Of a stretch of DNA of 51,070 nucleotides, positions 9,193 to 17,757 are shown one piece after another. Below the pieces are notes generated by a model. It searched no databases, was not told where the DNA came from, and saw only the letters and a list, made by a program, of their open reading frames with translations. The stretch lies in assembly GCA_043819795.1 (NCBI GenBank), contig JBDREN010000103.1:1-51070 (forward strand), written 5' to 3'. The stretch comes from Elusimicrobiota bacterium. Its GTDB lineage: Bacteria > Elusimicrobiota > Elusimicrobia > UBA1565. The position numbers and the translations under genes are program-made. Each line of letters starts with the position of its first letter. Positions within the stretch are counted from its first letter, which is position 1.

Positions 9193-10347
9193 ATGACAAG
9201 ACCGATAGGGGTCGTGATGCTGACCACCAACTTCTACCCCCATATCGGGGGCGCCGAGAAGCAGGCCCTGGAGGTCTCGAAGGCCCTCGCGGCTCGCGGG
9301 GCGCGCGTCCGCGTGGTGACGCGGCGTACGCGGGGATTGAGGTCCGAGGATTCGGTCGCGGGGATACCCGTGCGCCGCCTGGCGGCCTGGGGCGGCGGGC
9401 TCCTCGGCCCTGTGGTATTCATGCTCTCGAGCCTGCTGCACCTCCTGCTGCGCTGGCGCGAATACGACGTGCTGCACGTGCACCTCGCCTCCTCCCCGGC
9501 GGTGAGCGCGGCCTTGGCGGGGAGGATCCTGGGCAAGAAGGTGGTCGTGAAGATGGGAGGGGGAAAGGGGGTCGGGGAGATCGCCCGATCCCGAGGCAGC
9601 CTGTCGGGCCGCCTGAAGCTCTGGGCCATCGGGAGGCTCCGGCCGACCTTGGTGGCCGTGAACCGGGAGCAGGCGCGGGAGCTCGTGGGCTTCGGTCTCG
9701 AGCGGCTGGAGGTGCGATTGATCCCCAACGGGGTGGACCTCCAGGCCTACCGGCCCGCCGCTCAGCGCGAGAGGGACGACATCCGCAGGGAGCTCGGCTG
9801 GGCCGGGATGGTCTTTCTCTTCCTCGGGAGGTTCGGTTCGGACAAGGGCCAACTGGAGGGGCTCGGGACGTTTCTGGACGGATGGTCCGCCGCGCGCAGG
9901 AACGGGTTTTCCGGGAGCTTCTATATGGTGGGGAGCGGGCCGGAGGAAGCCCGGTTCCGGGAGATGATCCGGAGCCGGGGCCTCGATGACTGCGCGCGCC
10001 TCTTGGGGCCCCGGGAGGAGGTCTCCCGGCTCCACCGGGGCGCGGACGTCTTCGTTCTTCCGACCCTGTCCGAAGGGCTCTCGAACGCCCTGCTGGAGGC
10101 GTTGGCTTCGGGGCTGCCGGCCCTCGCCTGCCGGGTGAGCGGGATCCGGGAGGTCGTGGAGCACGGGACCCAGGGATTCCTTTTCGATCCCTCCAGTCCC
10201 GAGGAGGTGGAGCGGCTTCTGACCGACATCGGCCGCGATCCCGCGCGCCTGCGGGCCATGGGAAGGAGCGCCCGGAAGCTCGCGGCTTCGCGGTTCTCCC
10301 TGGACGCGACGGCCGAGGCATGGCTGGAGGCCTACAAAAGTCGATGA
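9193..10347 (+). CDS. GT4 glycosyltransferase
   Basis: 'NFYPHIGGAEKQ', 'IPNGVD', 'DVFVLPTLSEGLSNALLEALASGLP' (EX7E). Start at 9193 (GAGGG upstream) or 9181. Confidence 0.9.
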   Translation: MTRPIGVVMLTTNFYPHIGGAEKQALEVSKALAARGARVRVVTRRTRGLRSEDSVAGIPVRRLAAWGGGLLGPVVFMLSSLLHLLLRWREYDVLHVHLASSPAVSAALAGRILGKKVVVKMGGGKGVGEIARSRGSLSGRLKLWAIGRLRPTLVAVNREQARELVGFGLERLEVRLIPNGVDLQAYRPAAQRERDDIRRELGWAGMVFLFLGRFGSDKGQLEGLGTFLDGWSAARRNGFSGSFYMVGSGPEEARFREMIRSRGLDDCARLLGPREEVSRLHRGADVFVLPTLSEGLSNALLEALASGLPALACRVSGIREVVEHGTQGFLFDPSSPEEVERLLTDIGRDPARLRAMGRSARKLAASRFSLDATAEAWLEAYKSR

Positions 10348-10357
10348 CGGGCCATTG

Positions 10358-10366
10358 TGATATAAT
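10358..10366 (+). promoter_or_regulatory. Extended -10 promoter element (TGATATAAT) upstream of asnB
   Basis: Perfect TGnTATAAT in an intergenic gap, 13 nt before the ATG, inside the inverted repeat GCCATT...AATGGC. Confidence 0.6.
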
Positions 10367-10379
10367 GGCGGCCACTTGA

Positions 10380-12299
10380 ATGTGCGGGATCTGCGGGATC
10401 GTTCATACCGAGCCGGGCCGGGTCGATAAGGAGGCGCTCGAGCGCGCCAACGACCTGCTCACCCATCGAGGCCCGGACGACCACGGGGCCCATACCGACG
10501 ACTACGCCGGCGTGGCGATGCGCCGGCTCTCGATCATCGACCTAAAGAGCGGCCACCAGCCCATATCGAACCCCGACGGCACCATCCACATCGTCTTCAA
10601 CGGGGAGATCTACAACTTTCTCGAGCTGCGCCCCGAGCTCGAGTCCGAAGGATACCCGTTCAAGACGAACTCCGACACCGAGGTCATCCTCGCGCTATAC
10701 GAGAAGATGGGCACCGCCTGCGTGAGGCGCCTGCGGGGGATGTTCGCCTTCGCGATCTGGGACCGGCCCAAGCGCCGCCTGTTCGTCGCGCGCGACCGCA
10801 TCGGCAAGAAGCCCCTCGTCTACACGCGGCAGCCCGGCTATCTCACCTTCGCCTCGGAGCTGAGGTCCCTGCTCGGGTGGCCGGGGGTCCGCCGACGGGT
10901 CGACGCCGAGGCCGTCGACCTGTTCCTGTCTTTGCAGTACATCCCGAGCCCGCACACGATCTACAAGGACGTCCACAAGCTCCCTCCGGGCCACTTCATG
11001 GTCTATGAGAAGGGCAAACTGTCCGTGGAGCGCTACTGGGACCTGCCGCTGGGCAAGCCGCCGCTCACCACCGATCCCGTCGAGGGGGAGCAGATCATCC
11101 GGGAGAAGCTGCGCGAGGCCGTGAAGCTGCGCCTGATCTCCGACGTCCCGCTGGGCGCCTTCCTCTCGGGAGGCATCGACTCCTCGATCGTGGTCGCCCT
11201 CATGAGCGAGCTCTCCGATAAACCGGTCAAGACCTTCTCGATCGGTTTCGATCACTCGGACTTCACGGAGCTGCACTACGCCCGGGAGCTGGCCAAGGCC
11301 TACGGCTGCGACCACAGCGAGTTCGTGGTGACGGCCGAGATGGCGGAGACGCTCCCGAAGCTCGCTTGGCACTACGGCGAGCCGTACGCCGACACCAGCG
11401 CCCTGCCGTCCTACTTCGTCTCCCGGGAGACGCGTAAGCACGTGACGGTCGCGCTCAACGGCGACGGGGGCGATGAGAACTTCGCGGGCTACGTCCGCTA
11501 TTTCGCGATGAAGGCCGCCCGGCTCTACGACCTGGTGCCGGGGCCGATGCGCAGCCTCATCCAAAGGGGCGCCGAGCTCCTGCCCGAGAAGGACGCGCCG
11601 ATCAGCCTGTTATGGAGGGCGAAGCGCTTCCTGCGCTCCGCGGTCTTCACCGACCTGCCGCGCCGGCACCTCAAGATGATCTGCTATTTCTCCGGCGAGG
11701 ACAAGCGGGGGCTCTATACGCGCGGCATGATTCGCGCGTTAGGCGACGGGAACGGGGACGCGCGGGAAGAAGCCGAACGCTACCTGTGCGACGCCTACGC
11801 GCGCGGCGAGGGCGAGGACTTCGTCAACCGGATGCTGTACGTCGATTTCATCTCCTACCTGCCCGAGTGCCTGATGGCGAAGATGGACATCGCCAGCATG
11901 GCCAACTCGCTGGAGACGCGCTCGCCTTTCCTTGACCACGAGTTCGTGGAGACGGTCTTCCGCATGCCCGGGGCCTGGAAGCTCAAGGGCCTCACCGGGC
12001 ACAAGTGGATACTGAAGAACGCGTTCGCCCACAAGCTGCCCGCCAGTATCCGGGGCCGCGGGAAGATGGGTTTCGGAAGCCCGATCGGGCCGTGGTTCCG
12101 GGGGAAGCTCAAGGGCTTCTGGCGCGACCACGTGCTCTCGCCCGAGGCCCTGGCCCGGGGCTACTTCGAGCCGTCCGCCCTCAAGGAGATCTGGGAGCAG
12201 CACCAGACGGGCAAGCGGGACCACGGCTACCGGCTCTGGGCGCTCCTGATGCTGGAGCTGTGGCACCGGGAGTACCTGCCGGACTTCAAGGGGTTTTAA
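10380..12299 (+). CDS. asnB: Asparagine synthase (glutamine-hydrolysing) family amidotransferase, probably glycan-amidating
   Basis: N-terminal 'MCGICG', 'HRGPDD', 'FNGEIYNF', 'FLSGGIDSS', 'ALNGDGGDENFAGY', 'SLETRSPFLD'. Confidence 0.95.
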   Translation: MCGICGIVHTEPGRVDKEALERANDLLTHRGPDDHGAHTDDYAGVAMRRLSIIDLKSGHQPISNPDGTIHIVFNGEIYNFLELRPELESEGYPFKTNSDTEVILALYEKMGTACVRRLRGMFAFAIWDRPKRRLFVARDRIGKKPLVYTRQPGYLTFASELRSLLGWPGVRRRVDAEAVDLFLSLQYIPSPHTIYKDVHKLPPGHFMVYEKGKLSVERYWDLPLGKPPLTTDPVEGEQIIREKLREAVKLRLISDVPLGAFLSGGIDSSIVVALMSELSDKPVKTFSIGFDHSDFTELHYARELAKAYGCDHSEFVVTAEMAETLPKLAWHYGEPYADTSALPSYFVSRETRKHVTVALNGDGGDENFAGYVRYFAMKAARLYDLVPGPMRSLIQRGAELLPEKDAPISLLWRAKRFLRSAVFTDLPRRHLKMICYFSGEDKRGLYTRGMIRALGDGNGDAREEAERYLCDAYARGEGEDFVNRMLYVDFISYLPECLMAKMDIASMANSLETRSPFLDHEFVETVFRMPGAWKLKGLTGHKWILKNAFAHKLPASIRGRGKMGFGSPIGPWFRGKLKGFWRDHVLSPEALARGYFEPSALKEIWEQHQTGKRDHGYRLWALLMLELWHREYLPDFKGF

Positions 12300-12304
12300 A
12301 GTCG

Positions 12305-12432
12305 GCCCCCCCGCGGGGGGGCGATGTCCGGCGCCCCCCCCCATGGGGGGTTGCCTACGTCGGGGGGCGATTGTCCGGCGGCCCCCCCACGGGGGGCTGC
12401 CTATGTAGGGGGGCGATGCCTCCTCTTTTTCT
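12305..12432. repeat. 46-bp tandem palindromic (REP-like) repeat between convergent genes; likely terminator region
   Basis: GGGGGGCGAT recurs at 12316, 12362 and 12408. Perfect palindrome GCCCCCCCGCGGGGGGGC at 12305-12322, C-run/G-run hairpins in each unit, followed by CTCTTTTTCTTT. Confidence 0.85.
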
Positions 12433-14943
12433 TTAGGGTTTCCAATACGTCAACTCGCCCGCGGCCCCGTCCGAGGACAGCGCGAACAGGCGCACCTGGG
12501 CCTTGGCGAGATCGCCCATCTGGACCATCGGCAGGTGGAACTGGAAGCCCGAGCGCAGCATCCCGGGCTTCCCGAACGATCGAGCCACCTTCGGGCGGTC
12601 GAAGAGCGTCTCGCCGGCGTAGACGAACCGGCCGTCCGCGAAGACCAGTATCGAGGCGGGAGGCCTTCCCCGCCGGACGTCCACGGCCCATCCTCGAAGG
12701 ACCAGGCTTTCGCGCGCCGTGAAGGCGCGGTCCACGTGCCCGCGCAGGCGGCCGTCTTGCACAGGGTATCGCGTCCCGTCGTCGGCCGCGATGGCGCGGC
12801 CGCCGTCGGCCGAGACGTCGAGGACGAAGGCGCCCGGCCCTCGCCGTGCCGGAGACAGGGCCGGTCCCCGGTCCCCTTCGGACACGACGAACACCCGCGG
12901 GGCGGCGGAGCCGCCCAGAACGGCGTGCTCCGGGAGCATGACGGAGAAGCGCGCGCCGCCGTTCTCGGGCGGGTGCGTGCGCGTGACGGCTCGTATCGTT
13001 CCGCCGAGGGCCACGGCGAGATGGAGCCGGCGCTCCGGACCGTCGCCGAAGGTCACCCTTCCGCTGAGCCAGGGTGACGAGGCGCCGGAGCGGGCGGCCT
13101 GCTCGAACCGGACGCGCGCTCCGGCGTCCGGGCCCATGGCGAATCGTTCCGGGCGCTCGCCCACCAAAGCACCGTACGGCCCCAGCCGGTACAGGCGGTC
13201 CGGCTCGCCCCCCGCTCCGAACAGCCGGAGCCGCGTCCGGAGCGCCCGGTACTTCTCGTCGAAGCGCTTAGGAAAGCGCATGACCCCGCGTTTCATGCTC
13301 ACCATCGTCTTGTACGGGCGCTCGGCGCGCTTCTCGTCCAAAGCCGAGGCGCCGTCCACCGGCCAGGGCAGGGCCAGGCCCAATGCGTCGGCTATGGTCG
13401 GCAGCACGTCCACCGCCTCCACGTTCCGGTCGCTGATGCGCTCCTTTCCGCGGCCCGGGAGCTTTACGAAGAGAGGCACCGGGAGGACGCCCGCCGCGTT
13501 GGAGCCGCTCATCTCGCGGAGCAGGTCGCCGGGCCGGAAGCTGGCGCCGTGGTCCGCGGTGACGACCATCAGGGTCTTCTCATAGAGCCCCGTCGTCTTG
13601 AGGCGCTCGACGAGCTCTCCGAGCAGGCGGTCCGTGAATCCCACCTGCAGGAGATGCCTCTGCAGCGCCTGATGCGCGAAGAACGGGTCGTCGCTCCAGC
13701 GCAGGGGGGCGGTGAGCAGTCCGGCGATGTCCTTCTCGTTGGGCGCCGCGTAGGCGCGTCCCGAGGGGAGGTAGGCCCACGGCTGATGCGGGAGCATCAC
13801 GTGCAGGAAGTGGAGGGCGGGCCGGGGCGAGGGAGAGATGGAGCCGATGAAGTCTCTGAATATGCCGCGCCGGTCGAGGTAGGAGGAGTCGCCGACCCGG
13901 GCCAAGTCGCCGGGGTCCGCGGCCGGACTCGGCCCCGGCCTCGGCACTGCGGGCGTCCGGGCGGCGAAGTCCCTCCAGGTCCGGTCTATGGGCGGAAGCC
14001 TTCGGGCCAGCTCATCGGGAGCGAGCAGGTGCAGATACACCACGCCCAGGTCCCGCGCCATAGCGCCCAGGCGCGCCGCCGGACCCGGCGCCCCGGAGAC
14101 GCTTGGGCAGAGCTCCGGAGGGCAGAGCATGGTGTGGGACTCGGTGACGCGCATCTCGTGCGTGCCCGAGAGGAAGGTGAAGAGGTTGCGAGGGTAGTCG
14201 CTCCACGTGGGCAGACCGGGCGGCCTTTTGGGAAAACGCCCGGTCAGCAGCGCGGGCACCGCCACCAGCGTGTCCTCTCCCACGGCCGTCGCGTTCCGGA
14301 ACCATATGGAGTCCCGCGCCAGAGCGGCAAAGTTGGGGCAGCGCGCCGCGTCGATCCTCCGGCCGGCGTCCATGAGCGACGTGACGGGGAACTCGTCGAG
14401 GAGCACGAAGACGACCGGGGGAAGCTCCGCGCCCGCCGCGCCGTGCGGGGGGAGCTCGACCCGGGAGGCGAGAAGCATAGACCGGACCGGGCCGCCCAGC
14501 AAAAACGCCGCGGGAAAGACCAGTACCGACGGGGCGAGCGCCAGGGCGAACAGCCGCGCCGCCCTTGTCCGCCGCAGCGCCCAGGCGGCGGCCGTCCCCG
14601 CGGCGCACGCCGCCGCGAGCAGCAGGGGGGCGGGCACGTGGGGGAGGCGCTTGAGGACCTGCAGGGCAAGAAGCGACGCCGGCGCGGCGACGAGAAACGC
14701 GCCCGTCCTTGCGCCGGCCCGCTCCCCCGCGAGGCCGGCGAGGCAGACCGGGAGCGCCAGGAGCGCGGGCATCAGCACGCTGAGGAGGAACGCCAGGCCC
14801 GCGATCTCCGCCGGCCCGGCGCGGTGGGCGACCAGGAAGCCGGGATGGCGCCCCACGAGCTCGTAGAGCGGCTGGGCCAGGGCGAAGGCGCTCAGGACCG
14901 CGACCTGGAGGATGGTCTCCCGGAGCCGAGGGGCCTTGTCCAT
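12433..14943 (-). CDS. Membrane-anchored sulfatase-like / LtaS-EptA-like alkaline-phosphatase-superfamily protein
   Basis: About 5 N-terminal TMs. Metal-ligand motifs 'VFVLLDEFP', 'HVMLPHQPW', 'VTADHG'. Thr in the nucleophile region 'GEDTLVAVPALLTG', with no CxPxR. C-terminal beta-rich 'GHVD...LRGWAVD' domain. ATG overlaps the upstream TGA (TGATG). Confidence 0.75.
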   Translation of the reverse strand: MDKAPRLRETILQVAVLSAFALAQPLYELVGRHPGFLVAHRAGPAEIAGLAFLLSVLMPALLALPVCLAGLAGERAGARTGAFLVAAPASLLALQVLKRLPHVPAPLLLAAACAAGTAAAWALRRTRAARLFALALAPSVLVFPAAFLLGGPVRSMLLASRVELPPHGAAGAELPPVVFVLLDEFPVTSLMDAGRRIDAARCPNFAALARDSIWFRNATAVGEDTLVAVPALLTGRFPKRPPGLPTWSDYPRNLFTFLSGTHEMRVTESHTMLCPPELCPSVSGAPGPAARLGAMARDLGVVYLHLLAPDELARRLPPIDRTWRDFAARTPAVPRPGPSPAADPGDLARVGDSSYLDRRGIFRDFIGSISPSPRPALHFLHVMLPHQPWAYLPSGRAYAAPNEKDIAGLLTAPLRWSDDPFFAHQALQRHLLQVGFTDRLLGELVERLKTTGLYEKTLMVVTADHGASFRPGDLLREMSGSNAAGVLPVPLFVKLPGRGKERISDRNVEAVDVLPTIADALGLALPWPVDGASALDEKRAERPYKTMVSMKRGVMRFPKRFDEKYRALRTRLRLFGAGGEPDRLYRLGPYGALVGERPERFAMGPDAGARVRFEQAARSGASSPWLSGRVTFGDGPERRLHLAVALGGTIRAVTRTHPPENGGARFSVMLPEHAVLGGSAAPRVFVVSEGDRGPALSPARRGPGAFVLDVSADGGRAIAADDGTRYPVQDGRLRGHVDRAFTARESLVLRGWAVDVRRGRPPASILVFADGRFVYAGETLFDRPKVARSFGKPGMLRSGFQFHLPMVQMGDLAKAQVRLFALSSDGAAGELTYWKP

Positions 14944-16340
14944 CAGCGGCTTCGGGGGCTGGCGTGATAGAGGACCCGGGTTCCGCATCCGAGCGGTTCT
15001 CGGGTCACGATGTCGAACGAATTCTCCAGCCGGCGCTCAAGCGCGTCGGCGTCGTAGTCGGAGAAGATGTCGCCTTTGTTGAGCAGCAGGCGGCGGGCCA
15101 TGGGATCGTCCTTGCTCACGAACTCGATGACCAGCTCCGAGCCCAGCGAGGCGAGCCAGTCGACAAGCTCCAAAAGCGGGATGTTCGCGCCGAGGCAAAG
15201 ATGGTGGACCAGCGCTAGGCAGAGGGTCATCTGGGGCCCGCCGCGGGCGGCCAGGGGCTTACGTTCGAGGCCCCGCCAGCCGAGGCCGGGCGGGGGATCG
15301 GCCAGGTTCGCGACCAGCGGCAGGATCCGGCGATCCCGTTTCCCTTTGAGGAGACGGTAGAGCCGATCCACGACGAGCGGGTCCGCGTCCATACCCACCA
15401 CGCACCGCGAGTTCTCACCGGCCATCCGGGAAAACTCCCCCGTATTGCACCCCAGGTCCCACAGCAGGTCCCAGGTCCGCCGTTCCAGAGCCCGGCGCAC
15501 GAACGCTTCCTTGGCCGCCCGGTCGCGCTCCGAATAGTGGGCCCCGCCGCCGTAGTCCGACCAGGGCGAGCCCGGAGGGTCCCATCGCAGGCCCGAGACG
15601 AGGCTTCGCAGGGAGCGGAGGTTGACCTCGATCATCTCCTTGCCGAAGCCCGCCTCCTTGATCTCGGACTTAAGGTCCCGCTCCGACGCCCCGCAGCGCG
15701 CCTGCAGGCGGGCCTGCAGCTTCACGTGCTTGAGCACTCCGGGCCTCGCCAGGTCGCGCAGCGAGAACAGCCCGGAGCAGTCCTCGGCCGGGATGCCGTC
15801 GAGGCTGCCCCGCAGCCACGGCTGGAAAGGCGCGCCCTTGTACGCCTGCAGCAGCAAGGGATTAAGGAAGAGCTCGCAGAACTGGCGGTAGCCCGCCCAT
15901 ACCGCCCCGGGGGAAAGCCTTTCGAAGGAGGCGATGTCGATGAAGACCGGCGACGAGCCGAGCCACTGGACGTTGTAGGGGCTCGCGTCTTTAAGGATAA
16001 GGCCTTCGTCGAGCGCGGCGAGGTTGAGATCGAGCTGCAGCAGGGCGGCGTCTTGAAGCATGCCGAAGGACCACTCGTAGGGGTAGGACACGAACGGGAC
16101 GGCCTCGTGTCGCAGGACCAGCGCCCAGTCCCGGCAGCCGGGGGGCAGCGCGGGATCCTCCGGGGCCAGCGCCTCGGTGCCGATGATGGAGCCTCTTTCC
16201 ACGCCGCGCGCGAAGAAGCGGGCGGCGGACAGGGCTTTCCAATCCTCGGCGCTTCGGCGGCCCAGGCCCCGGTACACCCGCCCGTCGTGGAGGAATACGC
16301 GGCTGCCGGGGTCGCGGAAGGAGCCGTCCTCGAACCTCAT
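14943..16340 (-). CDS. NoeA-like protein: kinase-like N-domain fused to a class I SAM methyltransferase
   Basis: 'GSFRDPG', 'FVSYPYEWSF', 'LKDASPYNVQW...PVFIDIASF', C-terminal 'WDLGCNTGEFS'. ATGA overlap at 16337-16340. Confidence 0.75.
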   Translation of the reverse strand: MRFEDGSFRDPGSRVFLHDGRVYRGLGRRSAEDWKALSAARFFARGVERGSIIGTEALAPEDPALPPGCRDWALVLRHEAVPFVSYPYEWSFGMLQDAALLQLDLNLAALDEGLILKDASPYNVQWLGSSPVFIDIASFERLSPGAVWAGYRQFCELFLNPLLLQAYKGAPFQPWLRGSLDGIPAEDCSGLFSLRDLARPGVLKHVKLQARLQARCGASERDLKSEIKEAGFGKEMIEVNLRSLRSLVSGLRWDPPGSPWSDYGGGAHYSERDRAAKEAFVRRALERRTWDLLWDLGCNTGEFSRMAGENSRCVVGMDADPLVVDRLYRLLKGKRDRRILPLVANLADPPPGLGWRGLERKPLAARGGPQMTLCLALVHHLCLGANIPLLELVDWLASLGSELVIEFVSKDDPMARRLLLNKGDIFSDYDADALERRLENSFDIVTREPLGCGTRVLYHASPRSR

Positions 16341-16594
16341 CGGCGGTCTTCGTCCTTCCCGCGGCCGGGCCGCAGCAGGGCCGCGACGCGCCGCCAGAAG
16401 AGCTTGACCAGGACCAAGAGCCCGGCCGCGCCCGCAAGGAGCAGCTGCAGCATCATGCTCCCGCTTCCCGGATCGATATAGGCGCGGGCGGAAGACGCGG
16501 CCGTCGCCAACACAAGCGGCGCCCACAGGAGGGAAGAGGCGCCCAGCGGCGCCGTCGTCCGGATGCGGGGAGTGATTCTCCGGCGGCGAGGCAT
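16337..16594 (-). CDS. Small (85 aa) membrane protein with a YIDPGSGS motif after a signal-peptide-like segment
   Basis: MPRRRR...LLWAPLVLATAASSARA-YIDPGSGSMMLQLLLAGAAGLLVLVKLFWRR... Fills the gap between wecB and the NoeA-like gene, has GAGG upstream, and its stop overlaps the next ATG. It is the tail of the ORF-track entry 16337..17413. Confidence 0.7.
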   Translation of the reverse strand: MPRRRRITPRIRTTAPLGASSLLWAPLVLATAASSARAYIDPGSGSMMLQLLLAGAAGLLVLVKLFWRRVAALLRPGRGKDEDRR

Positions 16595-16602
16595 CTCCGG
16601 CC

Positions 16603-17757
16603 TCAAGGCTCCGCCCGGGAGCCGGTCCGGGCCAGCCGGCGCTCGATCGCGGAGGCGATCCGCTCGGCGGCTCTGCCGTCCCCGAAGGGGTTGCGGGACC
16701 GGGCCATCTTCTTGTAGAGGGCGCGGTCGCGCAGAAGCCGGAGGGCCGCGCGTACGATGCGCCGCGGCTCGCGCCCGACGAGCATCCCGCCGCCCGCCTC
16801 CAGGATCTCGGGCCTGTCCGTGGCCTCCCGGACGACGAGCACCGGCTTGCGCAGGCACGCGGCCTCCTCCTGGAGCCCGCCGGAGTCCGTGAGGACCAGC
16901 CGGCAGCGGCCCAGCAGCCCGATGAAGTCGAGGTACGGCATGGGGGGGAGGAGGCGGACGCGCTCGTGGCGCAGCAGGCGGCGCGCGGCGGCGCGGACGT
17001 TCGGGTTCGGGTGCACGGGATAGACGATCCGCGCCTCCGGGACCCGGCGGACGATCTCCAAGAGCGCCTCGAAGATGCTCTCCAGCGGCCGGCCGAAGCT
17101 CTCCCGGCGGTGCAGCGTCACGAGGATCGTCGCGCCCTCCGCGTCGGGGCGCGGCGGGGCGCCCCGCGCCGGCCCGCGCATGGCCCAGGCGAGGGCGTCC
17201 ACAGCCGTGTTGCCCGTCACGAAGACGTTCGCGCGGGCGACGCCCTCCCGAAGGAGGTTCTCTTCGGCGCGGCGGGTCGGCGCGAAGAGGAGCGTCGAGA
17301 GGTGGTCGATCAGGACGCGGTTTCTCTCCTCGGGAAAGGGGTGCATCGGATCGAACGACCGCAGCCCGGCCTCCACGTGGGCGACCGGGACGCGGCGGTA
17401 GCACGCCGCCCATGCGGCCGCCGCGGCCGTGGTGGTGTCGCCCTGGACCACCAGCAGGTCCGGCCGCTCGTCGTCGAGCACGCGGCGGAACGCGCGCAGG
17501 ACGCGCTCGGCCAGAGCGTCGGGGGCCTGGTCCCGCCGCATGAGGTCCAGGTCGATGTCGGGCCGGATCATGAGCGGGCCCAGGATCTGGTCCAACAGCT
17601 CGCGGTGCTGCGCGGTGACGCAGACGCGCACGCGCAAGCCCCTCCGGCGCCGCAGGGCCCGGAGCACAGGGGCGAGCTTGATCGCCTCCGGGCGGGTGCC
17701 GAGGGTCACGAGGATATTCTTGCGGCGGGGCCTCATGTTCACGCGCCTCGCGCTCAT
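16603..17757 (-). CDS. wecB: UDP-N-acetylglucosamine 2-epimerase (non-hydrolysing)
   Basis: 'GTRPEAIKLAP', 'VTAQHRELL', 'VQGDTTT', 'HVEAGLRS', 'PFPEERNR', 'TLHRRES', 'TDSGGLQEEA', 'NPFGDG'. Start 17757 (ATGA overlap) or 17736. Confidence 0.95.
   Translation of the reverse strand: MSARRVNMRPRRKNILVTLGTRPEAIKLAPVLRALRRRRGLRVRVCVTAQHRELLDQILGPLMIRPDIDLDLMRRDQAPDALAERVLRAFRRVLDDERPDLLVVQGDTTTAAAAAWAACYRRVPVAHVEAGLRSFDPMHPFPEERNRVLIDHLSTLLFAPTRRAEENLLREGVARANVFVTGNTAVDALAWAMRGPARGAPPRPDAEGATILVTLHRRESFGRPLESIFEALLEIVRRVPEARIVYPVHPNPNVRAAARRLLRHERVRLLPPMPYLDFIGLLGRCRLVLTDSGGLQEEAACLRKPVLVVREATDRPEILEAGGGMLVGREPRRIVRAALRLLRDRALYKKMARSRNPFGDGRAAERIASAIERRLARTGSRAEP

Noticed and set aside
12433..14943. 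True formylglycine sulfatase
   Set aside because: No C/SxPxR motif; Thr occupies the nucleophile region.
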